Part shown: piece by piece, positions 1-9,562 of the stretch
Layout of the letters: every line of letters begins with the position of its first letter
Position numbering within the stretch: the stretch's first letter is position 1
Sequence record: OR896831.1
Direction: 5' to 3' (one strand)
Source: Escherichia phage BubbaBully
Length of the DNA: 51,209 bases
Notes under the pieces: model-generated
What the model was told of the DNA's origin: nothing
Database searches by the model: none
What the model saw: the letters and a program-made list of their open reading frames with translations, nothing else
Translations under genes and position numbers: made by a program

Positions 1-1572
1 ATGCTGATATGGGAAGATTTAACAGTGGCGCAGAAACGCGCCATTAAGGAAATGAGTGAATACTCGTTTGAGAAAATGATTCGAATCTGGTTCCAGTTGC
101 TCCAGGGTCAGAAATTCCTGGGTAACTGGCATTTCAGCTATTTGTGCCACGAAGTAGAGAAAATCATTTCCGGCGAGTCGCAAAACGTGATCTTTAACAT
201 CACGCCAGGCTCAGGTAAAACCGAGGTATTCTCGATCCATATGTCGCCTTATGCGTCACTGAAAAGCAAGAAGGTGCGAAACCTTAACCTGTCGTTCTCT
301 GATGGCCTTGTCCAGCAGAACAGCAACCGAATCAAGGAAATCATAGGCTCTCCAGAGTGGCAGGAGCTATGGCCTGGCAAGCTGGCGAAAGCGAGCGCGA
401 AAGATCTGATTGTGCAGGACGGAAACGGAAAGGTTAAGTTGCAAGTCAACTCCCGATCCATCGGCGGCCAGGTAACGGGTTTGCGTGGCGGTTACATGGA
501 TGATGGATTTACCGGAATGTTGGTACTTGACGATCCAGATAAACCTGACGACATGTTCTCAAAGGTGCGGCGCGAAGCGATTCACAACCGCCTTAAAAAC
601 ACCGTTCGCTCTCGTCGAATGAAGGACACCACGCCTATTGTGATGGTTCAGCAGCGCCTACACGTCAACGATTCGACGTGGTTTATGACAAGCGGCGGTA
701 TGGGCGGAATCGAGTTTAAGGTTGTGAGTATTCCCGCGCTGGTTACGAAAGAGTATGGCGAGACTCTCCCTGATTGGTTAAAGCCAGAGTTTGAGCGTGA
801 TGTGCTGAATAGCGAACCAGTTTACATTGACGGCGTGGCGCACTATTCATTCTGGCCTGCAAAGGAGAGCGCAAAGGACTTGCTCGCGCTGCGAGAAGCG
901 GATCCGTATACTTTTGCGTCACAGTACCAGCAGCAGCCGATAGCGCTGGGTGGCAACGTATTCAAGGTGGATTGGTTCCAGTTTTATGGCGACGGCGAGA
1001 AATGCACGCTGCCGAAACCGGATCGCTTTGAATACACGTTTATCACTGGCGATACGGCACAGAAAGCCGGAGAGCTTAACGACTATTCTGTTTTCTGTTA
1101 TTGGGGCATGTTCAAGAATCGTGTTTACTTTATCGACGGCATCCGTGGGAAATGGGAGGCTCCAGATCTGGAAACGAATTTTAAGGCTTTCGTCAATCAA
1201 TGCTGGAAGCGTAACAAAGAGTGCGGTAGCTTGCGCCGGATCCACATAGAGGATAAAGCGAGCGGAACAGGTTTGATTCAGGGCGCAAAAAAGAGTTTGC
1301 CTATTGACATAAATCCCGTTCAGCGCAGCACTGACAAAGTTACTCGCGCAATGGACGCAGCGCCAGTAATGCGAGCCGGACGCGTTGCGCTGCCAGAGAG
1401 TCACCCGATGCTAAACGAGATCCTCTCAGAGGTAGCGGCTTTCACTTTCGACGACTCGCACCCGAACGACGATATCGTAGATAACATCGTTGATGCGGTT
1501 AACGTTGAAATGAACCTGGCAGACGATCCAGTAGCGCGAATGAAAAAGCTTGCTGGGCTACGGAAGAAATAG
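1..1572 (+). CDS. terL: terminase large subunit
   Basis: 523-aa ORF beginning at window position 1; Walker A-like PGSGKT near N-terminus; follows putative TerS if the window is circularised. Confidence 0.8.
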   Translation: MLIWEDLTVAQKRAIKEMSEYSFEKMIRIWFQLLQGQKFLGNWHFSYLCHEVEKIISGESQNVIFNITPGSGKTEVFSIHMSPYASLKSKKVRNLNLSFSDGLVQQNSNRIKEIIGSPEWQELWPGKLAKASAKDLIVQDGNGKVKLQVNSRSIGGQVTGLRGGYMDDGFTGMLVLDDPDKPDDMFSKVRREAIHNRLKNTVRSRRMKDTTPIVMVQQRLHVNDSTWFMTSGGMGGIEFKVVSIPALVTKEYGETLPDWLKPEFERDVLNSEPVYIDGVAHYSFWPAKESAKDLLALREADPYTFASQYQQQPIALGGNVFKVDWFQFYGDGEKCTLPKPDRFEYTFITGDTAQKAGELNDYSVFCYWGMFKNRVYFIDGIRGKWEAPDLETNFKAFVNQCWKRNKECGSLRRIHIEDKASGTGLIQGAKKSLPIDINPVQRSTDKVTRAMDAAPVMRAGRVALPESHPMLNEILSEVAAFTFDDSHPNDDIVDNIVDAVNVEMNLADDPVARMKKLAGLRKK

Positions 1573-1587
1573 CACGAATTGCTAAAA
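1569..1587 (+). promoter_or_regulatory. conserved 19-bp box (ATAGCACGAATTGCTAAAA), copy without the canonical -10 arrangement
   Basis: Exact box sequence; TAG stop of terL lies inside the box; followed by a terminator hairpin instead of the usual 22-bp spacer plus -10. Confidence 0.5.
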
Positions 1588-1601
1588 GCGTGTACAATAA
1601 A

Positions 1602-1625
1602 GGCTGGACTTTTCCAGCCTTTTTT
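1602..1625 (+). terminator. intrinsic terminator-like hairpin between terL and portal
   Basis: GGCTGGA-cttt-TCCAGCC stem followed by T6. Confidence 0.55.
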
Positions 1626-1643
1626 ATTATGGGAGATCAGATA

Positions 1644-2918
1644 ATGACCGAGAAAACAAAACTCGTTAAGGCTGACGGCTACAACGAGATCTTTAAGGGA
1701 GATCAGCGAGTGGAGACGCCGTTTTACATGCAGGGCGGCGTTGCAAAGCAGAGTCTTGCAACATTCTACGAGCGTGACGGCATGGCAAAGCGAATCATCG
1801 ACGTGATCCCGGAGGACATGGTTACGCCAGGTTTTAACGTTGATGGCGTGAAAGACGAGGCGGCATTCCGATCCCTTTGGGATGAAAAGAAGCTAAACGC
1901 TAAAATCATTGATGCTCTTTGCTGGTCGCGCCTGTTTGGAGGCTCAGCGATTGTTGCCGTTATCAACGATGGGCGCATGTTGAAATCACCAGCAAAAGAA
2001 GGAGCGCCGCTTGAGGATATTCGCGTTTATGACCGATTCCAGATCCGAGTTGAGAAGCGAGAAACCAACGCGCGAAGCGTGCGCTACGGCGAGCCTGTTT
2101 TGTACACCATTATGCCAGGCGGCGAGATTCCAGAGTATCAGGTGCATTACACGCGAATCTGCATTATCGACGGCGAGCGCTTGCCTAACGAGCAGCGCCG
2201 AAAAAATGATGGCTGGGGCGCGTCAATTCTCAACAAAAAGCTGATCGAGGCAATCCATGATTATAACTATTGCGAGGAGCTAGCAACTCAGCTTTTACGA
2301 CGCAAGCAGCAAGCAGTTTGGAAGGCAAAAGGACTTGCGGATTTGTGCGACGATGAAGAAGGTGTTTCCGCTGCGCGGCTGCGATTGGCTCAAGTTGACG
2401 ACGAAGGCGGCGTGGGTCGGGCAATTGGTATTGACGCAACGGACGAGGAATACGAGGTGCTTAACTCTGACATTTCAGGCGTTGACACATTCCTTGAGAA
2501 GAAAATGGATCGCATCGTTTCGCTTACTGGCATCCATGAAATCATCTTGAAGAACAAAAACACCGGAGGCGTTAGCGCAAGCCAAAACACGGCGCTTGAC
2601 ACTTATCACAAACTGATCGAGCGCAAGCGTAAAGAGGACTACAAGCCGATCCTGGAATTCCTCTTGCCATTCATGGTGGCAGAGCAGGAGTGGTCTATTT
2701 CGTTTGATCCGCTTTCGGTTCCGAGCGACAAAGACCAGGCTGAAATCTTGAATAAAAATATTGACTCGATCAGCAAGGCGATTGAAGGTCAGTTTATGGA
2801 TGTTGAGGAAGGACGCGACACATTGCGCTCTATCGCCCCGTCTCTTAAACTGAAAGACGGCAACAAAATCAAGCTACCGGAACCGGAGCAGGAGCCGGAG
2901 CCAGGAACGGAGGTTTAA
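1644..2918 (+). CDS. portal protein
   Basis: Large ORF directly after terL; start moved to ATG at 1644 (GGGAGA RBS) from alt-start track ORF 1590; position and size typical of portal. Confidence 0.65.
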   Translation: MTEKTKLVKADGYNEIFKGDQRVETPFYMQGGVAKQSLATFYERDGMAKRIIDVIPEDMVTPGFNVDGVKDEAAFRSLWDEKKLNAKIIDALCWSRLFGGSAIVAVINDGRMLKSPAKEGAPLEDIRVYDRFQIRVEKRETNARSVRYGEPVLYTIMPGGEIPEYQVHYTRICIIDGERLPNEQRRKNDGWGASILNKKLIEAIHDYNYCEELATQLLRRKQQAVWKAKGLADLCDDEEGVSAARLRLAQVDDEGGVGRAIGIDATDEEYEVLNSDISGVDTFLEKKMDRIVSLTGIHEIILKNKNTGGVSASQNTALDTYHKLIERKRKEDYKPILEFLLPFMVAEQEWSISFDPLSVPSDKDQAEILNKNIDSISKAIEGQFMDVEEGRDTLRSIAPSLKLKDGNKIKLPEPEQEPEPGTEV

Positions 2919-2921
2919 TCC

Positions 2922-3671
2922 ATGAAGGTAAAAGGAATCGTTAAGCAGTGGAGATTTCCAGAAGCCAGCGAGCGGCAATTAAGCCGCTCCATTAAAGAGG
3001 CTGTAAGGGATCTGGTTGTGTTTATGCGCAGCAAAACAAGGGCGATGAAGTTTGACGCTACAGATCAGGAGATAAGCAGCGCGGAGGACGAGATCAAAGA
3101 TTTCGCAAAAGAGCTTGCGCTCTCCCTGATTGGTCTACTTCCGGCGCTTGCGTCTGCCGTGTACAAGTTCAACTCCAAGCAGTGGGTAAACGTGGCGAAA
3201 TCAACAGGTGGCGCGAACAATCCTGTTATCATCCTGCTAATCGCAGTCGGAGCCAATCAGAGCGAGGAATGGTATCAAACGCTTTACGGCGAGTGGAGCA
3301 ACATGAGCGCGGCCTCGTTTGATAAGCTTTTCACTAACATAATTAACGATTGGTCTGCTAACATCAGGCAAGCAAATTTCACCGGAAAGAAAGCCGAGCA
3401 AGTGAACGAGATCGCGGAGCGTCGATTCGCTGTTTACTCTTCATGGGCTGGAAACCGCGCAACGGGAATCATTGGATCGTGGAATAGTCGCCTTATGCGC
3501 CAGAGGTTGCTAGATGCTGGGGTGAATTCTTATTATTGGCATGGTATGCTAGACGAGCGCGAGCGACTCAAACACTTACAATGGGAGGGAAAGGAGATCG
3601 GGATTGACGAGATTCACCCCTTCCCTGGCGAGGAGTACGGTTGCAGATGTTGGGCTATTCCAAAATGGTAG
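2922..3671 (+). CDS. head morphogenesis protein (Mu F / SPP1 gp7-like)
   Basis: 249-aa ORF immediately after portal; position and size as in Mu-F-like minor head proteins. Confidence 0.55.
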   Translation: MKVKGIVKQWRFPEASERQLSRSIKEAVRDLVVFMRSKTRAMKFDATDQEISSAEDEIKDFAKELALSLIGLLPALASAVYKFNSKQWVNVAKSTGGANNPVIILLIAVGANQSEEWYQTLYGEWSNMSAASFDKLFTNIINDWSANIRQANFTGKKAEQVNEIAERRFAVYSSWAGNRATGIIGSWNSRLMRQRLLDAGVNSYYWHGMLDERERLKHLQWEGKEIGIDEIHPFPGEEYGCRCWAIPKW

Positions 3672-3682
3672 AGGAGAATTGA

Positions 3683-4798
3683 ATGAAAAAGGTACAGCGT
3701 TTTGATAGCGTTCAGGTCAAAGCAAAGATTGACGAGCACGGTTTTCTTGTAGACCGTCCGATTGTTGCCCGTATCGGGTTGCAGGTTTACAAGACTCCGT
3801 TTGGAGAGCGTCGAGAGTTTCGCCCCGCCTCAGAGGTTTTCAAAGCTGACTCACTGGCTACGTTTTCCGGTAAGCCGATCACTATCGGTCATGTAACCGT
3901 TACGCCGGAGAATGCAAAAGAGGTTGTTGTAGGCGCGTGCGCTGGCGCTGGCGTGCCAAACGGGATCGGTGTTGAGGTTCCTTTGAGCATTTACGACAAG
4001 CGAGCCATTCAGAGCGCGAAATCAAAACAGACCGCCGAGTTGTCAGTTGGTTACACCTCAGTTGACATTGATAAGCCAGGCTGGGGTAATAATGGCACTG
4101 GAGAATACTTTTTCGATGAAGATATGCCGGAGGGCTGGAAAGCCGACTCGGATGATTGGGTGCGATTCGATGCGGTTCAAACGAATATCAGCGTGAATCA
4201 TATCGCGATGGTGTTCAAAGGTCGCGCTGGCATCGCAAAATTAAATCTTGATAGCGAGCAGGAATTCCCGTATCATGACGAGGAATTTTCAAACAAAGAG
4301 GATGAAGTTATGACCGTAAAAATCAAATTAGACGGCGCGGTAGAATTTGATGTGCCAAAAGAGGTAGCCGCTCACATCAACGCGATCACCGCAAAAGCAG
4401 ATGAAGCAAACGCAAAAGCTGACAGCCTGGAAGCAGAGCGTGATGCGCTGCAAGCTAAGGTAGACGGTATTCCGGCGCAAATCGAGGCGGCAGTAGCACA
4501 AGCCAAGGCCGACGCAGAAGCCCACGCGGAACTGGTTGCCGTAGCTGGTGAGGCTGGCGTTAAGTGCGACGGCTTGGACGCAAAAGCGATCAAAGTCGCC
4601 TACGTCAAAGAGGTTACTGGTGCTGATATCGCAGAGAAAACCGACGCTTACATTGACGCCGCGTTTGATCTGGCGAAAAACTCTGATAAAATGGCAGCAC
4701 AGCGCAAAGCGATTAAAGGCGATGCGGAAAAGAAAGAGAAGCAAGACGGCGAAGATAAACCGCTGAATCCTGCGTCTCGTTTGGCTAAAGTACAGTAA
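3683..4798 (+). CDS. putative capsid scaffolding / maturation protein
   Basis: 371-aa ORF between head morphogenesis and capsid genes; C-terminal Ala/Lys/Glu-rich predicted coiled coil. Confidence 0.4.
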   Translation: MKKVQRFDSVQVKAKIDEHGFLVDRPIVARIGLQVYKTPFGERREFRPASEVFKADSLATFSGKPITIGHVTVTPENAKEVVVGACAGAGVPNGIGVEVPLSIYDKRAIQSAKSKQTAELSVGYTSVDIDKPGWGNNGTGEYFFDEDMPEGWKADSDDWVRFDAVQTNISVNHIAMVFKGRAGIAKLNLDSEQEFPYHDEEFSNKEDEVMTVKIKLDGAVEFDVPKEVAAHINAITAKADEANAKADSLEAERDALQAKVDGIPAQIEAAVAQAKADAEAHAELVAVAGEAGVKCDGLDAKAIKVAYVKEVTGADIAEKTDAYIDAAFDLAKNSDKMAAQRKAIKGDAEKKEKQDGEDKPLNPASRLAKVQ

Positions 4799-4810
4799 GG
4801 AGAAATAAAC

Positions 4811-5290
4811 ATGGCAATTCCAGCAACTTATCAAGCTACAATGGCTCGCGCACTGCCTGGCCAGGTTTCCGACACCTCAGCATATAACATTGACGGCGCG
4901 TGTGTTCTCGACGGCAGCGCTAACGTCCTTGTGGGCGTTGCGGTTCAGAATGGTGGTGTTGATTCTATGGGTAACAAACTGATCAAGCCTATGGCTGTAA
5001 GCGGCAAAGCTTACGGCGTTGCAATCCGCTCCCACTTCCAGACCGAAGCGGCAGACGGGCGAATGGTTTACGTTCCAGGCGGCGGCATCAACGTAATGAA
5101 TGAGGGTCGCGTTTGGATGCTGGCGGTAGATGGTCAGACTCAGAAGCCTTATGGTACTGCGATCAAGATCGAAGATTCCACTGGCAAGGTGGACACCGAA
5201 TCTGGCACTGTAGAGCCTAACTGGATCGCTACTGGTGACTTCACAGAGTTCCAGGGTCTTAAGTTGATTGAGGTTCAGGTTAAGCAGTAA
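4811..5290 (+). CDS. head-associated protein, paralog A (decoration-like)
   Basis: 159 aa; shares GRVW...WxxTGD pattern with the next ORF; upstream of major capsid gene. Confidence 0.45.
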   Translation: MAIPATYQATMARALPGQVSDTSAYNIDGACVLDGSANVLVGVAVQNGGVDSMGNKLIKPMAVSGKAYGVAIRSHFQTEAADGRMVYVPGGGINVMNEGRVWMLAVDGQTQKPYGTAIKIEDSTGKVDTESGTVEPNWIATGDFTEFQGLKLIEVQVKQ

Positions 5291-5296
5291 TAAAAT

Positions 5297-5321
5297 GGCG
5301 CTCGGTTGAGCGCCTTTTTTT
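5297..5321 (+). terminator. intrinsic terminator-like hairpin
   Basis: GGCGCTC-ggtt-GAGCGCC followed by T7; between the two paralogous head genes. Confidence 0.55.
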
Positions 5322-5333
5322 ATGGAGGTAAGA

Positions 5334-5795
5334 ATGATTGACTACGGCGTTATATCTGGATGCGCTAATCCTGGCTTTCTCGTTGATTCAACAATCAGCA
5401 CGATAAACGGCGGTGGGGTTGTCGTTGGTGATCGAGTGTTTGCTGGGTTTGCAGTCTCAAACTACGGAATGATTGATCTGTATCAAACATACGGAGAGTT
5501 TGATCAGGCGAAGGGGGCTTGCGGTATAGTGATCGCAAGCTTGCACGGCTGCGCTGGCTATGGAATACCAGAGGGTGAAGAGGTTAGCGTTATAACCAAA
5601 GGCAGGGTTTGGGCTGTCATTTTACCGGATGAAGATAAGCCGAGAGAGGGGGATAGCGTTATGATTTCGGATGGCGGAATAATCACCTCGCTACCTGAGC
5701 GGTTGGCGCAGTCTCCAAGGGGCTGGGTTTTCACTGGAGACTACGAGAGATATTCACACGATTTATCACTTGCTGGGGTGTGGATTATCGGATAA
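5334..5795 (+). CDS. head-associated protein, paralog B
   Basis: Start at second ATG after GGAGGT RBS; paralogous to 4811-5290. Confidence 0.45.
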   Translation: MIDYGVISGCANPGFLVDSTISTINGGGVVVGDRVFAGFAVSNYGMIDLYQTYGEFDQAKGACGIVIASLHGCAGYGIPEGEEVSVITKGRVWAVILPDEDKPREGDSVMISDGGIITSLPERLAQSPRGWVFTGDYERYSHDLSLAGVWIIG

Positions 5796-5807
5796 CACAA
5801 AAATCTA

Positions 5808-5835
5808 TTGCACGTTTAACAAAAAGTGCTATCAT
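5808..5835 (+). promoter_or_regulatory. sigma70-like promoter for major capsid gene (TTGCAC-16-TGcTATCAT)
   Basis: -35 TTGCAC 5808-5813, 16-bp spacer, extended -10 TG-n-TATCAT 5827-5835; the reversed box lies within the spacer and -10. Confidence 0.45.
5815..5832 (-). promoter_or_regulatory. conserved box, reversed orientation, overlapping capsid promoter
   Basis: TTTAACAAAAAGTGCTAT is the reverse complement of the box; followed by 8-bp hairpin 5839-5859 and strong RBS. Confidence 0.5.
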
Positions 5836-5876
5836 TGAGGCTGTTAATCGCTAACAGCCTTTAAGGAGAAAGAAAC

Positions 5877-6839
5877 ATGACTAAAAAGTATGACGAATTT
5901 GACGCCAGCGTTGTAACCGCTCACCTGCAAATGCAGGGCGTTAAAAATGACGCTTCCGATATGGGTATCTGGACTGCGCAGGAGCTTCACAAGATCCGCT
6001 CCTCTGCATACGAAAAAGAATACCCTGTAGGCTCCGCGCTGCGAGTGTTCCCTGTCACCAACGAACTGAGCGACACTGACAAGACTTTCGAATACCAGAC
6101 TTTCGATAAAGTTGGCTACGCTAAAATCATCGCTGATTATACCGACGACCTGCCAACCGTTGACGCGCTGATGTCAACCGAGTTTGGTAAAGTGTTCCGC
6201 TTGGGTAACGCTTTCCTGATCTCCATTGACGAAATCAAAGCAGGTCAACGCACTGGTAAGAGCCTGAGCGCTCGCAAGGCAAACGCCGCGCAGAATGCTC
6301 ACGACCAGCTTGTAAACTTCCTGGTGTTCAAGGGTTCCAAGCCGCACAAAATTCTGAGCGTGTTTGAACACCCTAACCTGACCAAGATCGTAGCCGCTAA
6401 AAAATGGTACGACTCAAGCTCAAAAGCCAAAGAGCCAGAGCAAGCTTTCGACGATCTGACTGCGGCAATCGAAGCGCTGGAGACTCAGACCAACGGGCAG
6501 CACCGCGCTACCCACATTCTGATCCCGCCAAGCGTCCGTAAAGTTCTGATGGTTCGCATGGAAAATACCACTGAGAGCTACCTGGAATACTTCCAGAAGC
6601 AAAACGGCGGTATCACCATTGAAGCAATCGCAGAGCTTGAAGATATCGACGGTTCCGGCGGCAAGGGCGTACTGGTGTACGAAAAAGATCCAATGAATAT
6701 GTCCATTGAGATCCCCGAAGCATTCAATATGCTGCCAGCGCAGCCTAAAGACCTGCATTTCAAAGTGCCTTGCACCTCTAAATGCACTGGTCTGACAATC
6801 TATCGCCCATTAACTCTTGTGTTAATCACTGGCGTGTAA
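5877..6839 (+). CDS. major capsid protein
   Basis: 320 aa; own promoter, strong RBS AAGGAGAAAG, terminator downstream; position after scaffold and decoration genes. Confidence 0.65.
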   Translation: MTKKYDEFDASVVTAHLQMQGVKNDASDMGIWTAQELHKIRSSAYEKEYPVGSALRVFPVTNELSDTDKTFEYQTFDKVGYAKIIADYTDDLPTVDALMSTEFGKVFRLGNAFLISIDEIKAGQRTGKSLSARKANAAQNAHDQLVNFLVFKGSKPHKILSVFEHPNLTKIVAAKKWYDSSSKAKEPEQAFDDLTAAIEALETQTNGQHRATHILIPPSVRKVLMVRMENTTESYLEYFQKQNGGITIEAIAELEDIDGSGGKGVLVYEKDPMNMSIEIPEAFNMLPAQPKDLHFKVPCTSKCTGLTIYRPLTLVLITGV

Positions 6840-6845
6840 TATTAT

Positions 6846-6874
6846 GGGAGCCTCTTACGAGGTTCCCATTTTTT
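6846..6874 (+). terminator. intrinsic terminator after capsid gene
   Basis: GGGAGCCTC-ttac-GAGGTTCCC followed by T6. Confidence 0.6.
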
Positions 6875-6890
6875 GTTTAGGAGATAAACA

Positions 6891-7163
6891 ATGGCTAAAG
6901 AAAAAACTGTAACGCTGGTAAACTCTGGTGTTTGCTCAATCTTCATCAAAGGTGATCGCTATGTTCCAGGTGATGAAATTGAAGTTTTCGAGTCCGATCT
7001 GGAGACTTCCGGCATTGAAATGCTAATCGCTCGCGGCGACTTAAAAGTTAAGAACGACGACGAAAAAACCGAAGCTGTTAAAGCGCGTGTAAACAAGCGC
7101 AAGAAAGCAAGCCCTACCGAGGGCAAGACGAAAAATGAGCTTGAGGACGGCGGCGAATATTAA
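6891..7163 (+). CDS. hypothetical small structural-region protein
   Basis: 90 aa, strong RBS, flanked by terminator hairpins on both sides. Confidence 0.5.
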   Translation: MAKEKTVTLVNSGVCSIFIKGDRYVPGDEIEVFESDLETSGIEMLIARGDLKVKNDDEKTEAVKARVNKRKKASPTEGKTKNELEDGGEY

Positions 7164-7169
7164 TCATGA

Positions 7170-7195
7170 GGGAGCCTAGTGCTCCCTTTTCTTTT
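7170..7195 (+). terminator. intrinsic terminator-like hairpin
   Basis: GGGAGC-ctagt-GCTCCC followed by a T-rich run. Confidence 0.55.
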
Positions 7196-7206
7196 AGGAG
7201 GAAACC

Positions 7207-7605
7207 ATGAATCAAGAAGTGATAAATCAGATCGTAAAAATCGCACCTCCTTTTGCTGGTGTAGATCCGGCTCTTATTCAGGCATGGATTGAGCTAGCAG
7301 AGGAATTCGTTTGCAAGAAGCGATTCAAAGACTCATACACAAAAGCTGTAGCTCTCTATACATTGCACCTCATGACTCTCGACGGAGCGATGAAACAGGA
7401 AGGGGAGGCGGTAGAGTCATACTCCCAGCGCGTTGCATCATTCTCCCTGAGCGGTGAATTCTCGCAGACGTTTGACCGCGTTTCTTCCGATTCATCCGGC
7501 AAGGAAATCCGACAAACTCCGTGGGGTAAAATGTACGAGGCATTGAACCGCAAGCGCGGAGGAGGTTTTGGGCTTGTAACTGGATTGCGTCGGAGGACTT
7601 GCTAA
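7207..7605 (+). CDS. putative head-tail connector / adaptor protein
   Basis: 132 aa; position between capsid and tail genes; function assigned by synteny only. Confidence 0.4.
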   Translation: MNQEVINQIVKIAPPFAGVDPALIQAWIELAEEFVCKKRFKDSYTKAVALYTLHLMTLDGAMKQEGEAVESYSQRVASFSLSGEFSQTFDRVSSDSSGKEIRQTPWGKMYEALNRKRGGGFGLVTGLRRRTC

Positions 7606-7976
7606 TGAATTATGCTAACATTGCACGAATGGCTAAATCTGGCATTGCATTTTTTAGTGATCGCAATGGCGTGTTTAAGCTTATCACTAGCGGAGGTGGC
7701 GTTGAGATTGTCGGCGGCGTTGAGGTTGAAAAGCCGGAGCAGTCAACAACAATTAAGGGGCTTATCCGAGCGCCAAAGGTTCGAGAGGTTGACGGCGAAA
7801 CAATCCGCGTAACTGACAAGCTCGGAGTTTTTGACGCTGATGTTGAAATCATGAACGGAAACCATATCGATGTTGATGGTGAGCGCTACGTTGTTGTTGA
7901 GGCAAGACCAATCAGGCCAACAGGGATCACAGTTGCTTATCGTCCAATCCTGCGGAGGGTTGCTGTTCATGGCTAA
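7599..7976 (+). CDS. putative head closure protein
   Basis: 125 aa; overlapping start with upstream gene; synteny only. Confidence 0.35.
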   Translation: MLMNYANIARMAKSGIAFFSDRNGVFKLITSGGGVEIVGGVEVEKPEQSTTIKGLIRAPKVREVDGETIRVTDKLGVFDADVEIMNGNHIDVDGERYVVVEARPIRPTGITVAYRPILRRVAVHG

Positions 7977-8409
7977 CTACTCGATCCGAGAATTTCACGG
8001 CAATATTGACAAGTGGATAAACGCGGTTGAGAGCGGCCTTACTGATTGCATTGAGATTTTCGGCGGGAAAGTGCAGGAGGCACTCGTTAAAGGCTCGCCA
8101 GTTGATACGGGAAGATTCCGAGGAAACTGGCAAGTAACAGCAAACGAGCCTCCGCTTTACGCGCTGAACCAATACGACAAGGACGGCAGCAAAACAATCG
8201 CATACGGAGAGCGGGCAATTCGCGCTATAATGCGCGGCGGCGGCGCGGTTCGTGCTATCTACTTTTCAAACATGCTTATCTACGCCAACGCGCTAGAGTA
8301 CGGGCATTCAAAACAGGCTCCCGCTGGTGTTGTTGGCATCGTTGCAATTCGCTTACGCTCATTCATGGCGGAGGCTATTAGAGAGTCGAGGGCTAAAAAT
8401 GGATTATGA
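7969..8409 (+). CDS. putative neck / tail completion protein
   Basis: Start at ATG 7969 overlapping upstream stop (ATGGCTAA); synteny only. Confidence 0.4.
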   Translation: MANYSIREFHGNIDKWINAVESGLTDCIEIFGGKVQEALVKGSPVDTGRFRGNWQVTANEPPLYALNQYDKDGSKTIAYGERAIRAIMRGGGAVRAIYFSNMLIYANALEYGHSKQAPAGVVGIVAIRLRSFMAEAIRESRAKNGL

Positions 8410-8800
8410 TCTCATGCTGGCGGCACGCAAGGCATTCGCCGCTGAATACGAAAACAGATACGCAATCGCTTATGAAAACGTGGAGTTTACGCCTCCTGGT
8501 GATGGCTCTATGTGGTTGGCGTTCCATTATGTTGAGTCAGAACCGTTGAGGTTATCACTTGATCGCAAATGCGTTTCCTATATGGGGATGGTGCAAATCA
8601 ATGTCACGTTTGCGCCTGGAACCGGAACGGATAAGCCGCGCAAGCTGGCAAAAGAGATTGCTGATTTTTTCAAAGATGGTAAAATGCTGGACGTGGGCTA
8701 CATCTACGAGGGCGCTAGCGTCCGGTCAGTCCAGAAATCAGAAACGGGCTGGATTGTTCCGATCCGGTTTGTTGTAAGAGTTGACACAAAAGGAGAATAA
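8399..8800 (+). CDS. putative tail terminator protein
   Basis: Start at ATG 8399; synteny only. Confidence 0.4.
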   Translation: MDYDLMLAARKAFAAEYENRYAIAYENVEFTPPGDGSMWLAFHYVESEPLRLSLDRKCVSYMGMVQINVTFAPGTGTDKPRKLAKEIADFFKDGKMLDVGYIYEGASVRSVQKSETGWIVPIRFVVRVDTKGE

Positions 8801-8801
8801 A

Positions 8802-9461
8802 ATGCATCTTCCAAACGGTTCACAGATTTTTATCGAAGCCTCTCGCGGCACAGAGCTTTCAGCTAGCGCGATCACCAATGCAGAAAAACCAGTTTTCACA
8901 ATGAGCGACACTGACGATCTAGCAAAAGGTGATTACGTTATTGTAACGGAGTCCTCATGGGGTAAACTGCTAGATCGCGTCCTGCGGGTGAGCGAGGTTT
9001 CCAGCAACTCAAGCGCCACCCTTGAAGGTATCGACACCACCGACACTAACGTTTTCCCTAACGGCGCAACTGCAAAGATCGCAAAGATTAAAGCATGGTC
9101 TGAAATCCCTTGCGTTCAGGATCTTGCACAGGACGGCGGCGAGCAGCAATACTATACTTACCAGTGCCTGTCCGACGACCAGGAGCAGCAGCTACCTACC
9201 TACAAGAGCGCCGTTTCCCTGACGTACACCTTTGCGCACGAGTACGATAACGCAATCTATCCTCTGCTGCGTAAGGCAGATGAAAACGGTGAAGTCACCG
9301 CAATGCGCATGTACGTGCCGAAAGCGAAAGAAATGCGTTGCTGGGCTGGCGTGCTGTCATTCAACGAGATCCCGCAAACTGCGGTTAACGAAATGGAAAC
9401 CGTTTCCCTTTCTTGCTCGCTGAAAGGCCGCTACACATTCCTTCCTGCATCACAGGACTAA
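8802..9461 (+). CDS. major tail protein
   Basis: 219 aa after RBS AAAGGAGAA; directly upstream of the G/GT chaperone and tape measure genes; terminator follows. Confidence 0.6.
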   Translation: MHLPNGSQIFIEASRGTELSASAITNAEKPVFTMSDTDDLAKGDYVIVTESSWGKLLDRVLRVSEVSSNSSATLEGIDTTDTNVFPNGATAKIAKIKAWSEIPCVQDLAQDGGEQQYYTYQCLSDDQEQQLPTYKSAVSLTYTFAHEYDNAIYPLLRKADENGEVTAMRMYVPKAKEMRCWAGVLSFNEIPQTAVNEMETVSLSCSLKGRYTFLPASQD

Positions 9462-9467
9462 TCACAA

Positions 9468-9502
9468 GGGGCGTTGCGCCCCTTTTTTTATTCCTGTAAA
9501 AT
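9468..9502 (+). promoter_or_regulatory. terminator-promoter fusion unit (hairpin + T7 + TTGCGC-17-TAAAAT)
   Basis: GGGGCG-ttg-CGCCCC stem, T-run 9483-9489; -35 TTGCGC formed by loop and 3' arm (9474-9479), -10 TAAAAT 9497-9502. Confidence 0.5.
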
Positions 9503-9528
9503 CACTCTACCAAATTCAAACAATCCAC

Positions 9529-9547
9529 TTTTAACAAAAAGTGCTAT
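9529..9547 (-). promoter_or_regulatory. conserved box, reversed orientation, in tail-operon leader
   Basis: TTTTAACAAAAAGTGCTAT immediately upstream of the RBS of gene G. Confidence 0.5.
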
Positions 9548-9562
9548 TTAGGAGAAAGAGCA

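Noticed and set aside
1-1572. terL truncated at the window start
   Set aside because: The ORF starts with ATG at position 1, has its Walker A motif near the N-terminus and is preceded, on circularisation, by the putative TerS gene; a full-length gene at an assembly join is more likely
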